Below are positions 8,698 to 17,639 of a stretch of 52,420 nucleotides of DNA, in pieces. Positions within the stretch are counted from its first letter, which is position 1. The number at the start of each line of letters is the position of its first letter. Source of the DNA: a virus (Duplodnaviria > Caudoviricetes); IMG/VR virus record IMGVR_UViG_3300000208_000002, positions 1 to 52,420 of that record; one strand, written 5' to 3'. Position numbers and translations under genes: made by a program. The notes under the pieces were generated by a model. The model did not search any database. It saw only the letters and a list, made by a program, of their open reading frames with translations, and had not been told where the DNA came from.

Positions 8698-8771
8698 GCG
8701 GGTGTAGTTTAGTGGTAAAACCTCAGCCTTCCAAGTTGATGTCGTAGGTTCGAGTCTTGCCTGCGGAGCCA
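8698..8771 (+). pseudogene. Chimeric tRNA: Gly(TCC) 5' part fused to an Asn-type 3' end
   Basis: 5' GCGGGTG cannot pair with 3' CTGCGGA. The 3' part GTCGTAGGTTCGA...CCTGCGGAGCCA matches the tRNA-Asn at 7775-7849. Confidence 0.8.
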
Positions 8772-9015
8772 TGAAATGCTAAACCAGCTAGCAGCGATGC
8801 ACCTCCTTTCGGTATAGATTAGGTTCACCTCTTTCGTCTCAAATGAATATTTGGTGTCGTGCAAGAATTTCATTGAATTCTTGTACGACAAGTATTAAGT
8901 GCAGGCAAAGATATCACCCTTTCATAGTGTTAATAATAAATATTAGTAATCTGGCGCATGGGTGTGGATACTTCTGTCTCTCTAAAAAGGTGAGCCATCG
9001 TCTAACCCTTGACTG

Positions 9016-9050
9016 ACAGCTAGGTTTTGATGCCTAGCTGTTTTTCTTTT
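9016..9050 (+). terminator. Rho-independent terminator after the tRNA cluster
   Basis: ACAGCTAGG / CCTAGCTGT stem followed by a T-tract. Confidence 0.8.
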
Positions 9051-9203
9051 GTGTTTTGTCGAAACAAAGGAGAAAATATTTTTTAATAAAATTAAAAAAT
9101 AAAAAAGAAAATCTTGCTAAACGGAAAAGAATATAGTAATATGATAGTAGATTTTCTATGTTAACAAATTAAACATATTTAACAAGAAGGAGAGGGAGTA
9201 TTC

Positions 9204-10415
9204 ATGCCGAAAGCGTCAGCGAAAACAAGCAGAACTGGAGTAGTAAAAAAAGAGAAAGAAGTGAAAATGCCCTATTTAGTTGCAATTGATGTTGGATTTG
9301 GAATGTTGAAGTATATCTCCAATGCAAAGCCAGAGTGGAACGTGATTCCCAGCGCAGGATTGAGGGGATATGCAAGCTCTAGTAATTTATATTCAGATGC
9401 AGAAATTAATACAAAGCGGTTGATTGTTACTACACAAGATGGTACTTGGTTTGTTGGAGAGCATGCACTCAATATGCCGACAAATAATGAATCTCCACGC
9501 ACTAAAGTAAGAGATCGTGCAAGTGATCCATTAAGCCGCGTGCTATTCCATACAGGTGTTGCTTTGGCTGTTCCAGATGAAGAAGGAGAATATGACGTGC
9601 ATATTGTGACAGGGCTTCCGAATGAAGACTATGATTTATTCTTTAAAGAAAACTTGCAGAAATTTTTAGAACAGCCATTTGAAGTGGAATTCCATTTAGG
9701 TAATCAACGTTCCTTGAAAAAGAAAATCAATGCATTAAGTGTAACAATCATTCGTCAACCAGAAGGAGCAGTTACATACAATCAATTTGTGTTTGATCCG
9801 GAACATTTCTTAGCGGTTAGTGAAAATGCCCGTGATTATATTGGTGTGATTGATATTGGACACTATACAACAGACTATGCGTTGTTCCGAGAAGGAGTTA
9901 TTATTGAGGATGTATTATTGTACGGATCAGCAGATGCTGTTAGCTTGGTATATGAAAAGCTCCGCAGAAAATTAATGATCATGTTTGCAAATGAATATGG
10001 TCTTCCAGGATTTAAAGCAACGGATAAAGAGCTGGATGAAGCAATTCGCACTGGTATCATTCGATATAATGGCGTAGAGTTTGATTGCACTGAACAAGTA
10101 CAAGAAACAGCAAAAGAAGTGGCTCAAAAAATTGCGAAAGAAGTATTAACGACTTGGTCAACAGAAACAAGTCGTTTAGATGTCATTTTAGTAACTGGTG
10201 GAGGATCTCATGTATTTGCAGAATATTTAGCAGAAGAGTTTGAACAAAATAAACGCCAAGGATTTAAAGTGCTAGAAGCTCTTCAATTCTCCAATGTTAT
10301 TGGATTCTACATGTATGGGGCTATTAGCTTAGTAGATCAATATGGAACAGATGATGTATATAAACAATACGTTGCCCCTGTTTTTCATCGAGAAGAGAAT
10401 GAGGAGATGGTCTAA
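9204..10415 (+). CDS. ParM/StbA-family actin-like ATPase
   Basis: Phosphate-1 AIDVGFGMLK, VTGLP, QPEGA, phosphate-2 VIDIGHYTTD, adenosine LVTGGGS. Confidence 0.9.
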   Translation: MPKASAKTSRTGVVKKEKEVKMPYLVAIDVGFGMLKYISNAKPEWNVIPSAGLRGYASSSNLYSDAEINTKRLIVTTQDGTWFVGEHALNMPTNNESPRTKVRDRASDPLSRVLFHTGVALAVPDEEGEYDVHIVTGLPNEDYDLFFKENLQKFLEQPFEVEFHLGNQRSLKKKINALSVTIIRQPEGAVTYNQFVFDPEHFLAVSENARDYIGVIDIGHYTTDYALFREGVIIEDVLLYGSADAVSLVYEKLRRKLMIMFANEYGLPGFKATDKELDEAIRTGIIRYNGVEFDCTEQVQETAKEVAQKIAKEVLTTWSTETSRLDVILVTGGGSHVFAEYLAEEFEQNKRQGFKVLEALQFSNVIGFYMYGAISLVDQYGTDDVYKQYVAPVFHREENEEMV

Positions 10416-10610
10416 TTGGGAGACTCCAAAATGGTGTTAGTGGCAAGAATACGAAAAGACGATGATTTGTTAAGAGAGTATTTTTCTGACATTAAGCAAA
10501 GCGATTGGCCTTATGAAATTCGCAGACTATTGGAAAAGGCCATCAAAATAGAAAGAAAAGAAAAGGAAATGGTAGAAAAAGCGAAAAAAGAACAAGTGCA
10601 GAGCCGATGA
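10416..10610 (+). CDS. Small ParR-like (ribbon-helix-helix-like) adaptor/repressor
   Basis: 64 aa immediately after parM-like gene. Strand (VLVARIRK) followed by two helices (...IRRLLEKAI). Confidence 0.6.
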   Translation: MGDSKMVLVARIRKDDDLLREYFSDIKQSDWPYEIRRLLEKAIKIERKEKEMVEKAKKEQVQSR

Positions 10611-10629
10611 TCAAGGCTCTGCTTTTTTT
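10598..10629 (+). terminator. Rho-independent terminator
   Basis: GCAGAGCC / GGCTCTGC stem + T7. Confidence 0.85.
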
Positions 10630-10790
10630 ATATTACATGAAGTTATCTGAGACAATTTTATACATTTGACAAAAAACAGTACAATGATGGATAGGGGATA
10701 CTGTCGATCCAAATAGCACCGACTGGAACATTGGTAAAGGTCAGGGAGACAGAACAGTATCCTTTATTTTTTTATAAGGAGGGAAAATAA

Positions 10791-11564
10791 ATGGGAAAAC
10801 GTGGTCCAAAAACGGAAGCTGGATTAGCTGCAGTTTCAGAAGCAGCAAAGAAATGGGATCATTCTGCTTGGACACGAAATCCTAAAGCTGTAGAAGCAAT
10901 TGAAATAGCACGTAGATTAAGAAAAACAAAACATGGATTATATGCATCTGTGCCGATTATTTGTAAAGGTCAAGGATGTCCTTATGCACATTCATGTCCA
11001 TTAGTGGAAATGGATAAAGCTCCTTATGGAGAAAAATGTCCGATTGAAATTGCGGCATTAGAAGATTTGTTCCATCGTTATTGTGAACATTTTGGAATTG
11101 ATCCAGACAATCCAAAACCTTCTGATACGGTAGATTTGATGATGATTAAAGATCTAGTAGATGCTGATATTGCACTACTTCGTTGTGACAACAAAATGGC
11201 ATGGGATGCTGACTATATTATTCATAATACTGTTGGAATGACAGAAGAAGGAGAACGAATCACGAAACAAGAGTTACACCCATTGACAGAATATAAAGAA
11301 AAACTCATAGCAAGAAAAAATAAAACATTCCAATTATTGAATTCGACACGAAAAGATAAAGAGGGTATGAAATTAACGGTAACTCACGATCCGTCCGAAC
11401 GAGCGGCAGAAATGCTAAAAGTACTTCAAGATATGAAAGAAATTGAAGCAACAGAAGAAGAAAGAAAACAGAAATACCTGGATCGATCCTCATCTATGAT
11501 GAAGGAAACAGTAACAAAAGATACGATTGAAGTAGAACCAATCGATTATTCAGAAGAAGAATAA
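10791..11564 (+). CDS. Putative terminase small subunit-like protein
   Basis: GPKTEAG...KHGLYA N-terminal motif, Cys cluster, first gene of the operon leading to terL. Strong RBS. Confidence 0.5.
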   Translation: MGKRGPKTEAGLAAVSEAAKKWDHSAWTRNPKAVEAIEIARRLRKTKHGLYASVPIICKGQGCPYAHSCPLVEMDKAPYGEKCPIEIAALEDLFHRYCEHFGIDPDNPKPSDTVDLMMIKDLVDADIALLRCDNKMAWDADYIIHNTVGMTEEGERITKQELHPLTEYKEKLIARKNKTFQLLNSTRKDKEGMKLTVTHDPSERAAEMLKVLQDMKEIEATEEERKQKYLDRSSSMMKETVTKDTIEVEPIDYSEEE

Positions 11565-11581
11565 AAGGGGGCGAATCCATC

Positions 11582-11920
11582 ATGATGAGAAGTAATTTGG
11601 CCATCAATGGATGGAATGCCATTAAACAAACATATAAGGAAATCGGCCGAGATTTAAAAAGAACTTGGTATAATGAAGTGCCATTGAGTTATGCGATTCG
11701 AACAGAAAAAGCACGAAGAGCATTTGATCAGGTAGGAGATATTCAAGCATTTAAGCAACAAGGCGGATTCGGTCCAGGCACATTAGATTGGAAACGGATC
11801 GGAATTATTGGTGGAACTGCTTATGTTGGAATTGATGGGGCATATCGTGCATTGAGTGGTGGATCGATGTATCGGAATAAAACTGGAGAAAGCGATATTG
11901 TAGGAATTCCGCTTATTTAG
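11582..11920 (+). CDS. Small Gly-rich hydrophobic protein, putative virion protein
   Basis: 112 aa, RBS, Gly-rich hydrophobic segment. Confidence 0.6.
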   Translation: MMRSNLAINGWNAIKQTYKEIGRDLKRTWYNEVPLSYAIRTEKARRAFDQVGDIQAFKQQGGFGPGTLDWKRIGIIGGTAYVGIDGAYRALSGGSMYRNKTGESDIVGIPLI

Positions 11921-11934
11921 AGATAGGGGGATTT

Positions 11935-12303
11935 ATGATGTATAAAGTAAGACGTTTTTTAAAAGGGTTAAAAAAGGAGATGGATTGGAACGACACATGG
12001 TTTAGATATACCGGTCGTCGATCCATTGATAATTTGTGGACAGGTTATGAAGCTGGCGGCAAAACCAAAGCGGTTGCAGGTGGAGCAGCTGCTATTGGTT
12101 TATTGAGTTATGGTGGATATCAGATTTACCAAACTCCACTGAATATATTGGGAGAAATAGCGAAAGAACAAGATGTGGAATCATTGCCAGGCACTAGAGG
12201 AGATATGCAAGGATACACTGCATATGGTGGAAATGTCGGCCCAGGAATAGAAGTTAGTGGTGATTTAGTATTTGCTTTGCATAAATTACGACATGGCGGG
12301 TGA
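11935..12303 (+). CDS. Small Gly/Ala-rich hydrophobic protein, putative virion protein
   Basis: 122 aa, AVAGGAAAIGLL segment, RBS. Confidence 0.6.
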   Translation: MMYKVRRFLKGLKKEMDWNDTWFRYTGRRSIDNLWTGYEAGGKTKAVAGGAAAIGLLSYGGYQIYQTPLNILGEIAKEQDVESLPGTRGDMQGYTAYGGNVGPGIEVSGDLVFALHKLRHGG

Positions 12304-12734
12304 TGAGCATGGCAACAGCAAAAGAACCAACGAATAGTAGGGGATTGATTCAACGATTAAATGGACCGTTAGGATATGCCGCAGTTGGATTAGATTCTTA
12401 TATGCGTATTAAAGAAGGAGAATCTGTTCCAGTTGCAGTTGGCAAAGCATTATTTACTAATGCATTATGGGCAATGGTTCCAGGCGGAATGGTAGGAGCA
12501 GTTGGATTAAGTCTTGGGTTTACAGCCGCTCAAGCAGTTCCTATGATCGCAAATTGGATTGATCAAAAACGAGCTGCCTTAAATCAGCAACGATCACAAT
12601 TTGGCGGTAATTTTCAATCTACACAAGCACAGCAAATGATGATGAATCATGGAATTAATCAAATTGTTAGTGCTCGTTCTCAATTAGCGGCAAGTATGGC
12701 TAATCATGCAAGAAATGCACAGCGAGTGTATTAA
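12300..12734 (+). CDS. Small membrane-like protein with Gln-rich C-terminus
   Basis: 144 aa, overlaps the upstream stop codon. Confidence 0.6.
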   Translation: MMSMATAKEPTNSRGLIQRLNGPLGYAAVGLDSYMRIKEGESVPVAVGKALFTNALWAMVPGGMVGAVGLSLGFTAAQAVPMIANWIDQKRAALNQQRSQFGGNFQSTQAQQMMMNHGINQIVSARSQLAASMANHARNAQRVY

Positions 12735-12739
12735 GGCAG

Positions 12740-13363
12740 GTGAAATACATGGCTTATTTATATGCGAATGAACCATATCAGCGTGTTGATGAAGGGATGT
12801 TAAATGGCGCATTATGGGGAGCTGGCATTGGAATTGCGGCTGGAGGAGCAACAATGGGGATTTCATATGCAATGATGAAAGGGATCCCCCAAAGAGCAGA
12901 AAGAATGAGAAACGAACTGGAAGAACGACAACAAGCAATTCGACAAAAAGTTTCTGACACAAATCAATATTTTAATCAACAAGTTGATGATCTTGTAAAT
13001 CGAATGAACTCATTGCAAAATCCTATTTCTACTCCTAATGATGGAAGATTAACACGTTTGAAAAATGCAATTATTACCCAAATGAATGAGAATCAAAGAA
13101 GACATTTGCAAAATCAATTAAATTCCATTGATAAACGTCATGAAAGAGTAATTAATAGATTGAACAAAAAATTTGATCAGCTTCAAACAAAGTATGGCAA
13201 GTATACAGATCCTAGTTATGTAGAAACAGCCATGAAAAATTCGTTCTATGCAAAGCATTTAAGCAGTTGGAAAGGAAAAGCAGGATTATTAGGTGGAGCT
13301 GCATTATTAGGAGTCGCCGCTGGCGCATTGATTGATCATTATTATGATGGAAATAGGGAGTGA
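12740..13363 (+). CDS. Glycine-zipper protein with central coiled coil (paralog A)
   Basis: NEPYQRVDEG...GA motif at the N-terminus and WKGK...GALID at the C-terminus, shared with the next ORF. Confidence 0.7.
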   Translation: MKYMAYLYANEPYQRVDEGMLNGALWGAGIGIAAGGATMGISYAMMKGIPQRAERMRNELEERQQAIRQKVSDTNQYFNQQVDDLVNRMNSLQNPISTPNDGRLTRLKNAIITQMNENQRRHLQNQLNSIDKRHERVINRLNKKFDQLQTKYGKYTDPSYVETAMKNSFYAKHLSSWKGKAGLLGGAALLGVAAGALIDHYYDGNRE

Positions 13364-13369
13364 AGTAAT

Positions 13370-13765
13370 ATGTTACAATCCAATGAGCCTTATTTTCGAG
13401 TAGATGATGGCATAGGTAATGGCATTATATATGGAGCATTAGCAGGAGCGGCAGGTATGGGGATTACACAAGGTATCATGAATGCGTCAGCAAAAAGAGA
13501 ATACAATAAAGCTCGTGATGCTTTTGTTGAGTCAAGACTGAAACCGAGATTAGCTTTACCGGCTCCTCCAGGAAGTATTAATGGAACCCCTACTACAGCA
13601 TTAGTGTCAGTGCATCAACCAGAAACTCCGAAAGTAGAATTAGGCCCAGCACAAAGAAGATACGCAAAAATGTTTAGAGGGTGGAAAGGAAAAGGATTAG
13701 CTTATGGTGGAGCAATTCTTGCTGGAGGATTGTTAGGGGCAGCAATTGATGCGGCAAACGATTAA
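13370..13765 (+). CDS. Glycine-zipper protein (paralog B)
   Basis: NEPYFRVDDG... and WKGK...GAAID termini. Confidence 0.7.
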   Translation: MLQSNEPYFRVDDGIGNGIIYGALAGAAGMGITQGIMNASAKREYNKARDAFVESRLKPRLALPAPPGSINGTPTTALVSVHQPETPKVELGPAQRRYAKMFRGWKGKGLAYGGAILAGGLLGAAIDAAND

Positions 13766-13790
13766 TGTTCAGTGATATGAAGGAGGTGAT

Positions 13791-16700
13791 TTGGTGAATC
13801 TTGCTAGTGTACGAGAAGATGACTTAGAACAATTAGAATTAGAGATACGATCCGATCCGGTAAAATGGGCGTATTGGAAGTTAAAAGATCCAAAAGGTCG
13901 GCCATGGAAAGCACGTTGGTATCAAAAGATGATTATTGACGATATTATGAAAGGTGAGCGGCGTTTAGCCATTCGCATGGGTAGACGTGTTGGAAAAACA
14001 GAGACGCTTTGTGTGTTTTGTCTATGGTATGCGTTTCATCACAAAAATGCTCGTTTATTAGTTACTGCACCTTATGAGCACCAAGTTCGATTAATTTTTA
14101 TGAGATTGAATGAGTTTATTGATGATTGTGATGAATTAACAGAAGGATTGAAATCTCGAACGAAAAACCCGTTTATTATTGAATTTCATAATGGCTCTCG
14201 AATTATGGGATTCACTGCTGGAGCTAATGATGGACAAGCTGGAGCGTCAGTACGGGGGCAAAGAGCAGATTGGATTTTTTTGGATAACATTGTTATTTCA
14301 TCAAGATAAAAAAGGAAGTGGTCAATATGTTTGGTTTTCTAAGAAGATTGCGTTCAAATCAAGCATTTAATCCAATTCATAATGCAACTAGTTATGTACA
14401 GAAACAATATGAAGCATTACATCAATTACAACAACATAACCAGCGAATGACAAGGGCTATGAAAAATATTCCAAATGTTGATGATGATATTTCTAAGATG
14501 CTTCAACAAAATCAAGATTTATTAAATCGATGGCCTTGATGAAATAACAATTGTCCCTCACATGAGTAATCATGTGTAGCAAATCGGGTGAATTCAGGGA
14601 AGGCTAAGGACATTTTGTCTATGCTAACCCTGAGCCAAGCCCACATGTCATGTCGTGAGACACGCATGTTGGGAAGGTGCAAAGACTATCCCCTTGTGGG
14701 AGTAGGGATGCAAGCGATTGGCATCTCGAAGCGCCCGACATCCTCCAGAAATGGAGAGATGATGAGATAGTCTCGTCCTCCTCGAAAGGGGAGAGTGGCG
14801 TAGCGAGCCACGCAAGGCAACGGAATGTGATTACATGTCCCGTGCTGGCATTGACGCTATTACTGCTATTGCATTAGAAGATCCGAAACGTATTGGTATT
14901 TGGTGTTCTTCCACTCCAACTGGTAAACGTGACTTTTTCTATGAAATTTGCACGAATCCTGATACTGGTTATAAAGCATATCACTTCCCATCTATGGTGA
15001 ATCCGGATTGGGATGAAAAAATGGAAGCAGAGCTTCGTGCAACAATGACAGAACAAGGTTTTATTCATGAAGTATTAGCAGAATTCGGTGAAGAAACAAT
15101 CGGTGTGTTTAATAAGCAAGCAGTTGAACGAGCAAAATCTCAATACTTATATACTTATCGTGAATTAAACGCATATGAAATAGAGATGTATAAGAAACAA
15201 GGTTATGATATGGATAAGATTGTGTATTTTGGCCCATATACACGAAAAAATCCGGCACCACCAGCTATACGTATAATAGGAGTGGATTGGGACAAATTCA
15301 GCAACGCAACTCAAATTGTTATCACAGAATTTGATGAGTTATTGAAAAAGTTTAGAGTGGCCAACCGTGTAGAAATTCCTCGTAGTGAATTCACGTATGA
15401 TAATGCAGTCAGAAAGATTATCGAGTTAAATGAGATTTATGATCCTAAGTTTATTTATGTTGATGCTGGGCATGGTAAGCAAATTGCCGTCTAATGTGGA
15501 AACACATTAGATTATGAGGGCGGAATTAAGCGGGGAAGCCTAAGTCCTTATTGGATATGGCTACCCGAACCGAAGGCTGAGCCTAAAAACTCAGTCAGGG
15601 GCAGAGCGTAGAATTGGTCGAGCATTATTAGATTTGCTTTTTAAAGGCAAAGGAAAGGATGATATAGAAATGAAATTATCTACTATAGACAAAAAATCAT
15701 TTTTAATCGGAATGGTTTTAGGTGATGGATATTTAAAGCGTGGCAAGAATGCTGTACATTACAATATTGTGTGTACTCATAACCCTGAGCAGTACGATTA
15801 TCTCATATGGAAAATGGAAATTCTGAAACAAAATCTTACTAAGAACTATTGGGTGGGCACCAAAAAATCAAGATTGGCAGGAAAGGCTATCCACAAAGGA
15901 AACGTAGGAAAGGAGTATTTAATGTATTATGCGACTTTAGGAACACATCCTTTATGTACGCAAATTTACAAAGAAATGTATATTGATGGAACTAAAAAAG
16001 TTACAAAATCTATATTAAATCAATTAACACCTATTGGATTGGCTGTTTGGTACATGGATGATGGAAGCCTTTCTTATAGAAAAAACCCCAATGGTTCAAT
16101 CAAAAGTAGAAATGTCACTCTTCATATTCAAGGTTTTGACTATGAAAGTCAATTAAATATTGTAGAATATTTTAAAGAAACTTGGGGTATTGAAACCAGA
16201 TTGCATAAAACAAGAGATAAATATAAACTTTGGATGAATACCCCTAATTCAATTAAGTTTTTAAAGATAGTTGCACCTTATGTAAATGAAGTTCCGTGTA
16301 TGAGATATAAAATTGATTTAAAATACCAAAAGAAATCCGTAGAACTGCTCGACCAAAAGGTGAACCTCTCCAATTAGAGAGAATATAACCCTTCCAAGAG
16401 GCCGCCCCACCCAAACCGTAAAGGTCGGTGGGTGAAAATGTACGCCGAGCTGCAGGGAAACCTGTAGAAGCATGGATAAAAAGCCATGCGATAACACAAC
16501 TGGAATATCAAATTGAAACGTTGCACAAATATGGACTTGAGCATCCAGAGAGTGGATTGAAACATAAAGTCAAACGTATTCAATTCTCTCAAAGCATTGA
16601 AATTCGTGATCCAGCAACTCGTGAAATTGATAAAAAAGATGCGAAAAACTTTATGGTCAATCAAACATCAATTTTATTAGAACGTGGACAAATTGTATTG

Positions 16701-17117
16701 TCTCCATTTGATGATATGATCTGGAAACAAATGATGAATTATCAAGTGATTCGTGTAACACAAAATGGAAGACCGAAATATACATCAGAAAACGAACATG
16801 CTTTAGATGCTTTTATGTTAACGATTTTAGGGTTTACTCTTGAATTTCCGAATATCACAAAAATCTTAGAAGAAGTTCATATTGCAAGAAAAGTGATTCC
16901 ATTTAAGCCGAAAACAGAAGAAAATCTAAAGGAAAAAGTGTTTGGTGGAGAACGTGACATTTATAGACCTGTAAGACCTCAAAGAGAACGTGAGCCAAGA
17001 GACAATCCACGTTGGCATTGGGTGAAAGTTCCGCTAGGATATAGTAAAAGAAAAAATAATGCATGGGGAAGAAGAGGAAGCACAAAAATGTCGTCTTTCT
17101 CTAGATCAAAATTTTAA
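13791..17117 (+). CDS. terL: Terminase large subunit, spliced: join(13791..14285,14823..15476,16503..17117), ~587 aa
   Basis: Walker A MGRRVGKT. Splicing restores Walker B WIFLD|ECD and nuclease DAGHG|EYQ. Also motif III SSTP, GVDW and C-terminal EHALDA. Confidence 0.92.
14286..14822 (+). mobile_element. Group I intron 1 in terL (537 nt)
   Basis: 5' exon ends in U (GGAU pairs with GUCC at 14553-56, G-U at the splice site); terminal G. P2 with GUAA tetraloop, P7 GACTA/TAGTC, P10-like ACATT/AATGT. Exons join in frame. Confidence 0.9.
14327..14539 (+). CDS. Intron-borne non-nuclease ORF (70 aa from ATG; 73 aa from GTG 14318), Q/N-rich helical
   Basis: RBS AAAGGAAG. The ORF fills the whole P1 loop. 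No LAGLIDADG, HNH or GIY-YIG motifs. Confidence 0.65.
   Translation: MFGFLRRLRSNQAFNPIHNATSYVQKQYEALHQLQQHNQRMTRAMKNIPNVDDDISKMLQQNQDLLNRWP
15477..16502 (+). mobile_element. Group I intron 2 in terL (1026 nt) with homing endonuclease
   Basis: Exon ends GGU, P1 pairs with GCCGT. P2 CTAATGTG-GAAA-CACATTAG, P3 GGGCGG/CCGCCC, P7 GCGTA/TACGC, terminal G. In-frame exon join. Confidence 0.88.
15670..16377 (+). CDS. LAGLIDADG homing endonuclease (intron 2)
   Basis: LIGMVLGDG and LAVWYMDDG motifs; RBS AAAGGA before ATG 15670. Confidence 0.9.
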   Translation: MKLSTIDKKSFLIGMVLGDGYLKRGKNAVHYNIVCTHNPEQYDYLIWKMEILKQNLTKNYWVGTKKSRLAGKAIHKGNVGKEYLMYYATLGTHPLCTQIYKEMYIDGTKKVTKSILNQLTPIGLAVWYMDDGSLSYRKNPNGSIKSRNVTLHIQGFDYESQLNIVEYFKETWGIETRLHKTRDKYKLWMNTPNSIKFLKIVAPYVNEVPCMRYKIDLKYQKKSVELLDQKVNLSN

Positions 17118-17132
17118 AAGGAGTTGAGCTTG

Positions 17133-17474
17133 ATGGAATTTCATTTGTGTCAAGAATGTGAAAAGAAAATGTTAGAGAATGGATTATATGGATTAACAGT
17201 AGAAGAAATGTTTGAATAACAAGTTCAATTTGATTTTGGTGTTGCAATTATACTATTTAAAGAAGGTCATGAATTAATTCGAGCAAGTAAAATGGATGAT
17301 GAATATAAAGAACTTGGTGGATATAGTTATAAGTTAGTAGTAGATGAGAATTCAAAAGAAAAACAATATCGATTTGCCATGATTTATGAAGGAAAAACAA
17401 TATCTTATCTTGAATTTGCTGTTGAAGATATTTTAGCTGAAGACTGGATGATTAAAAAATTAGCAGATAAATAA
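17133..17474 (+). pseudogene. DUF2829/Tad2-like gene interrupted by an in-frame TAA (17217-17219)
   Basis: RBS AAAGGAG + ATG 17133 in frame with ORF 17292-17474. FDFGVAIILFKEG..IR and EDILAEDW motifs. Confidence 0.6.
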
Positions 17475-17639
17475 AAATTTTGGGAATACCTGAAGTAATG
17501 CGTTGTCCCCACATGTTTTGAATTACTGGTCCGCATTATTGCGTTTTGAATTATGTTCCATGTGGGTGGAAGGCAAAAAATCAAATCCCCTATCTCCTTT
17601 ATTGGTTTGGCTCATCTTTCATCTCTTTCCTCTTATGAA

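Noticed and set aside
7786-8891. Several ORF-track calls over the tRNA cluster
   Set aside because: Shadow ORFs of tRNA genes.
14588-14877. ORFs 14588-14770 and 14677-14877
   Set aside because: Overlap the intron 1 catalytic core; no RBS or recognisable protein.
16428-16502. N-terminal extension of ORF 16428-17117
   Set aside because: Intron P7/P9 sequence in frame with terL exon 3, not an independent start.
13791-17117. Inteins or frameshifted pseudogene as explanation of the split terL
   Set aside because: Inserts contain stop codons and group I RNA elements with U/G boundaries, and the exons join precisely in frame.
17133-17474. Genome-wide stop-codon reassignment
   Set aside because: Only one in-frame TAA seen; all other long genes are uninterrupted, TAA is the usual terminator, and no suppressor tRNA is present.
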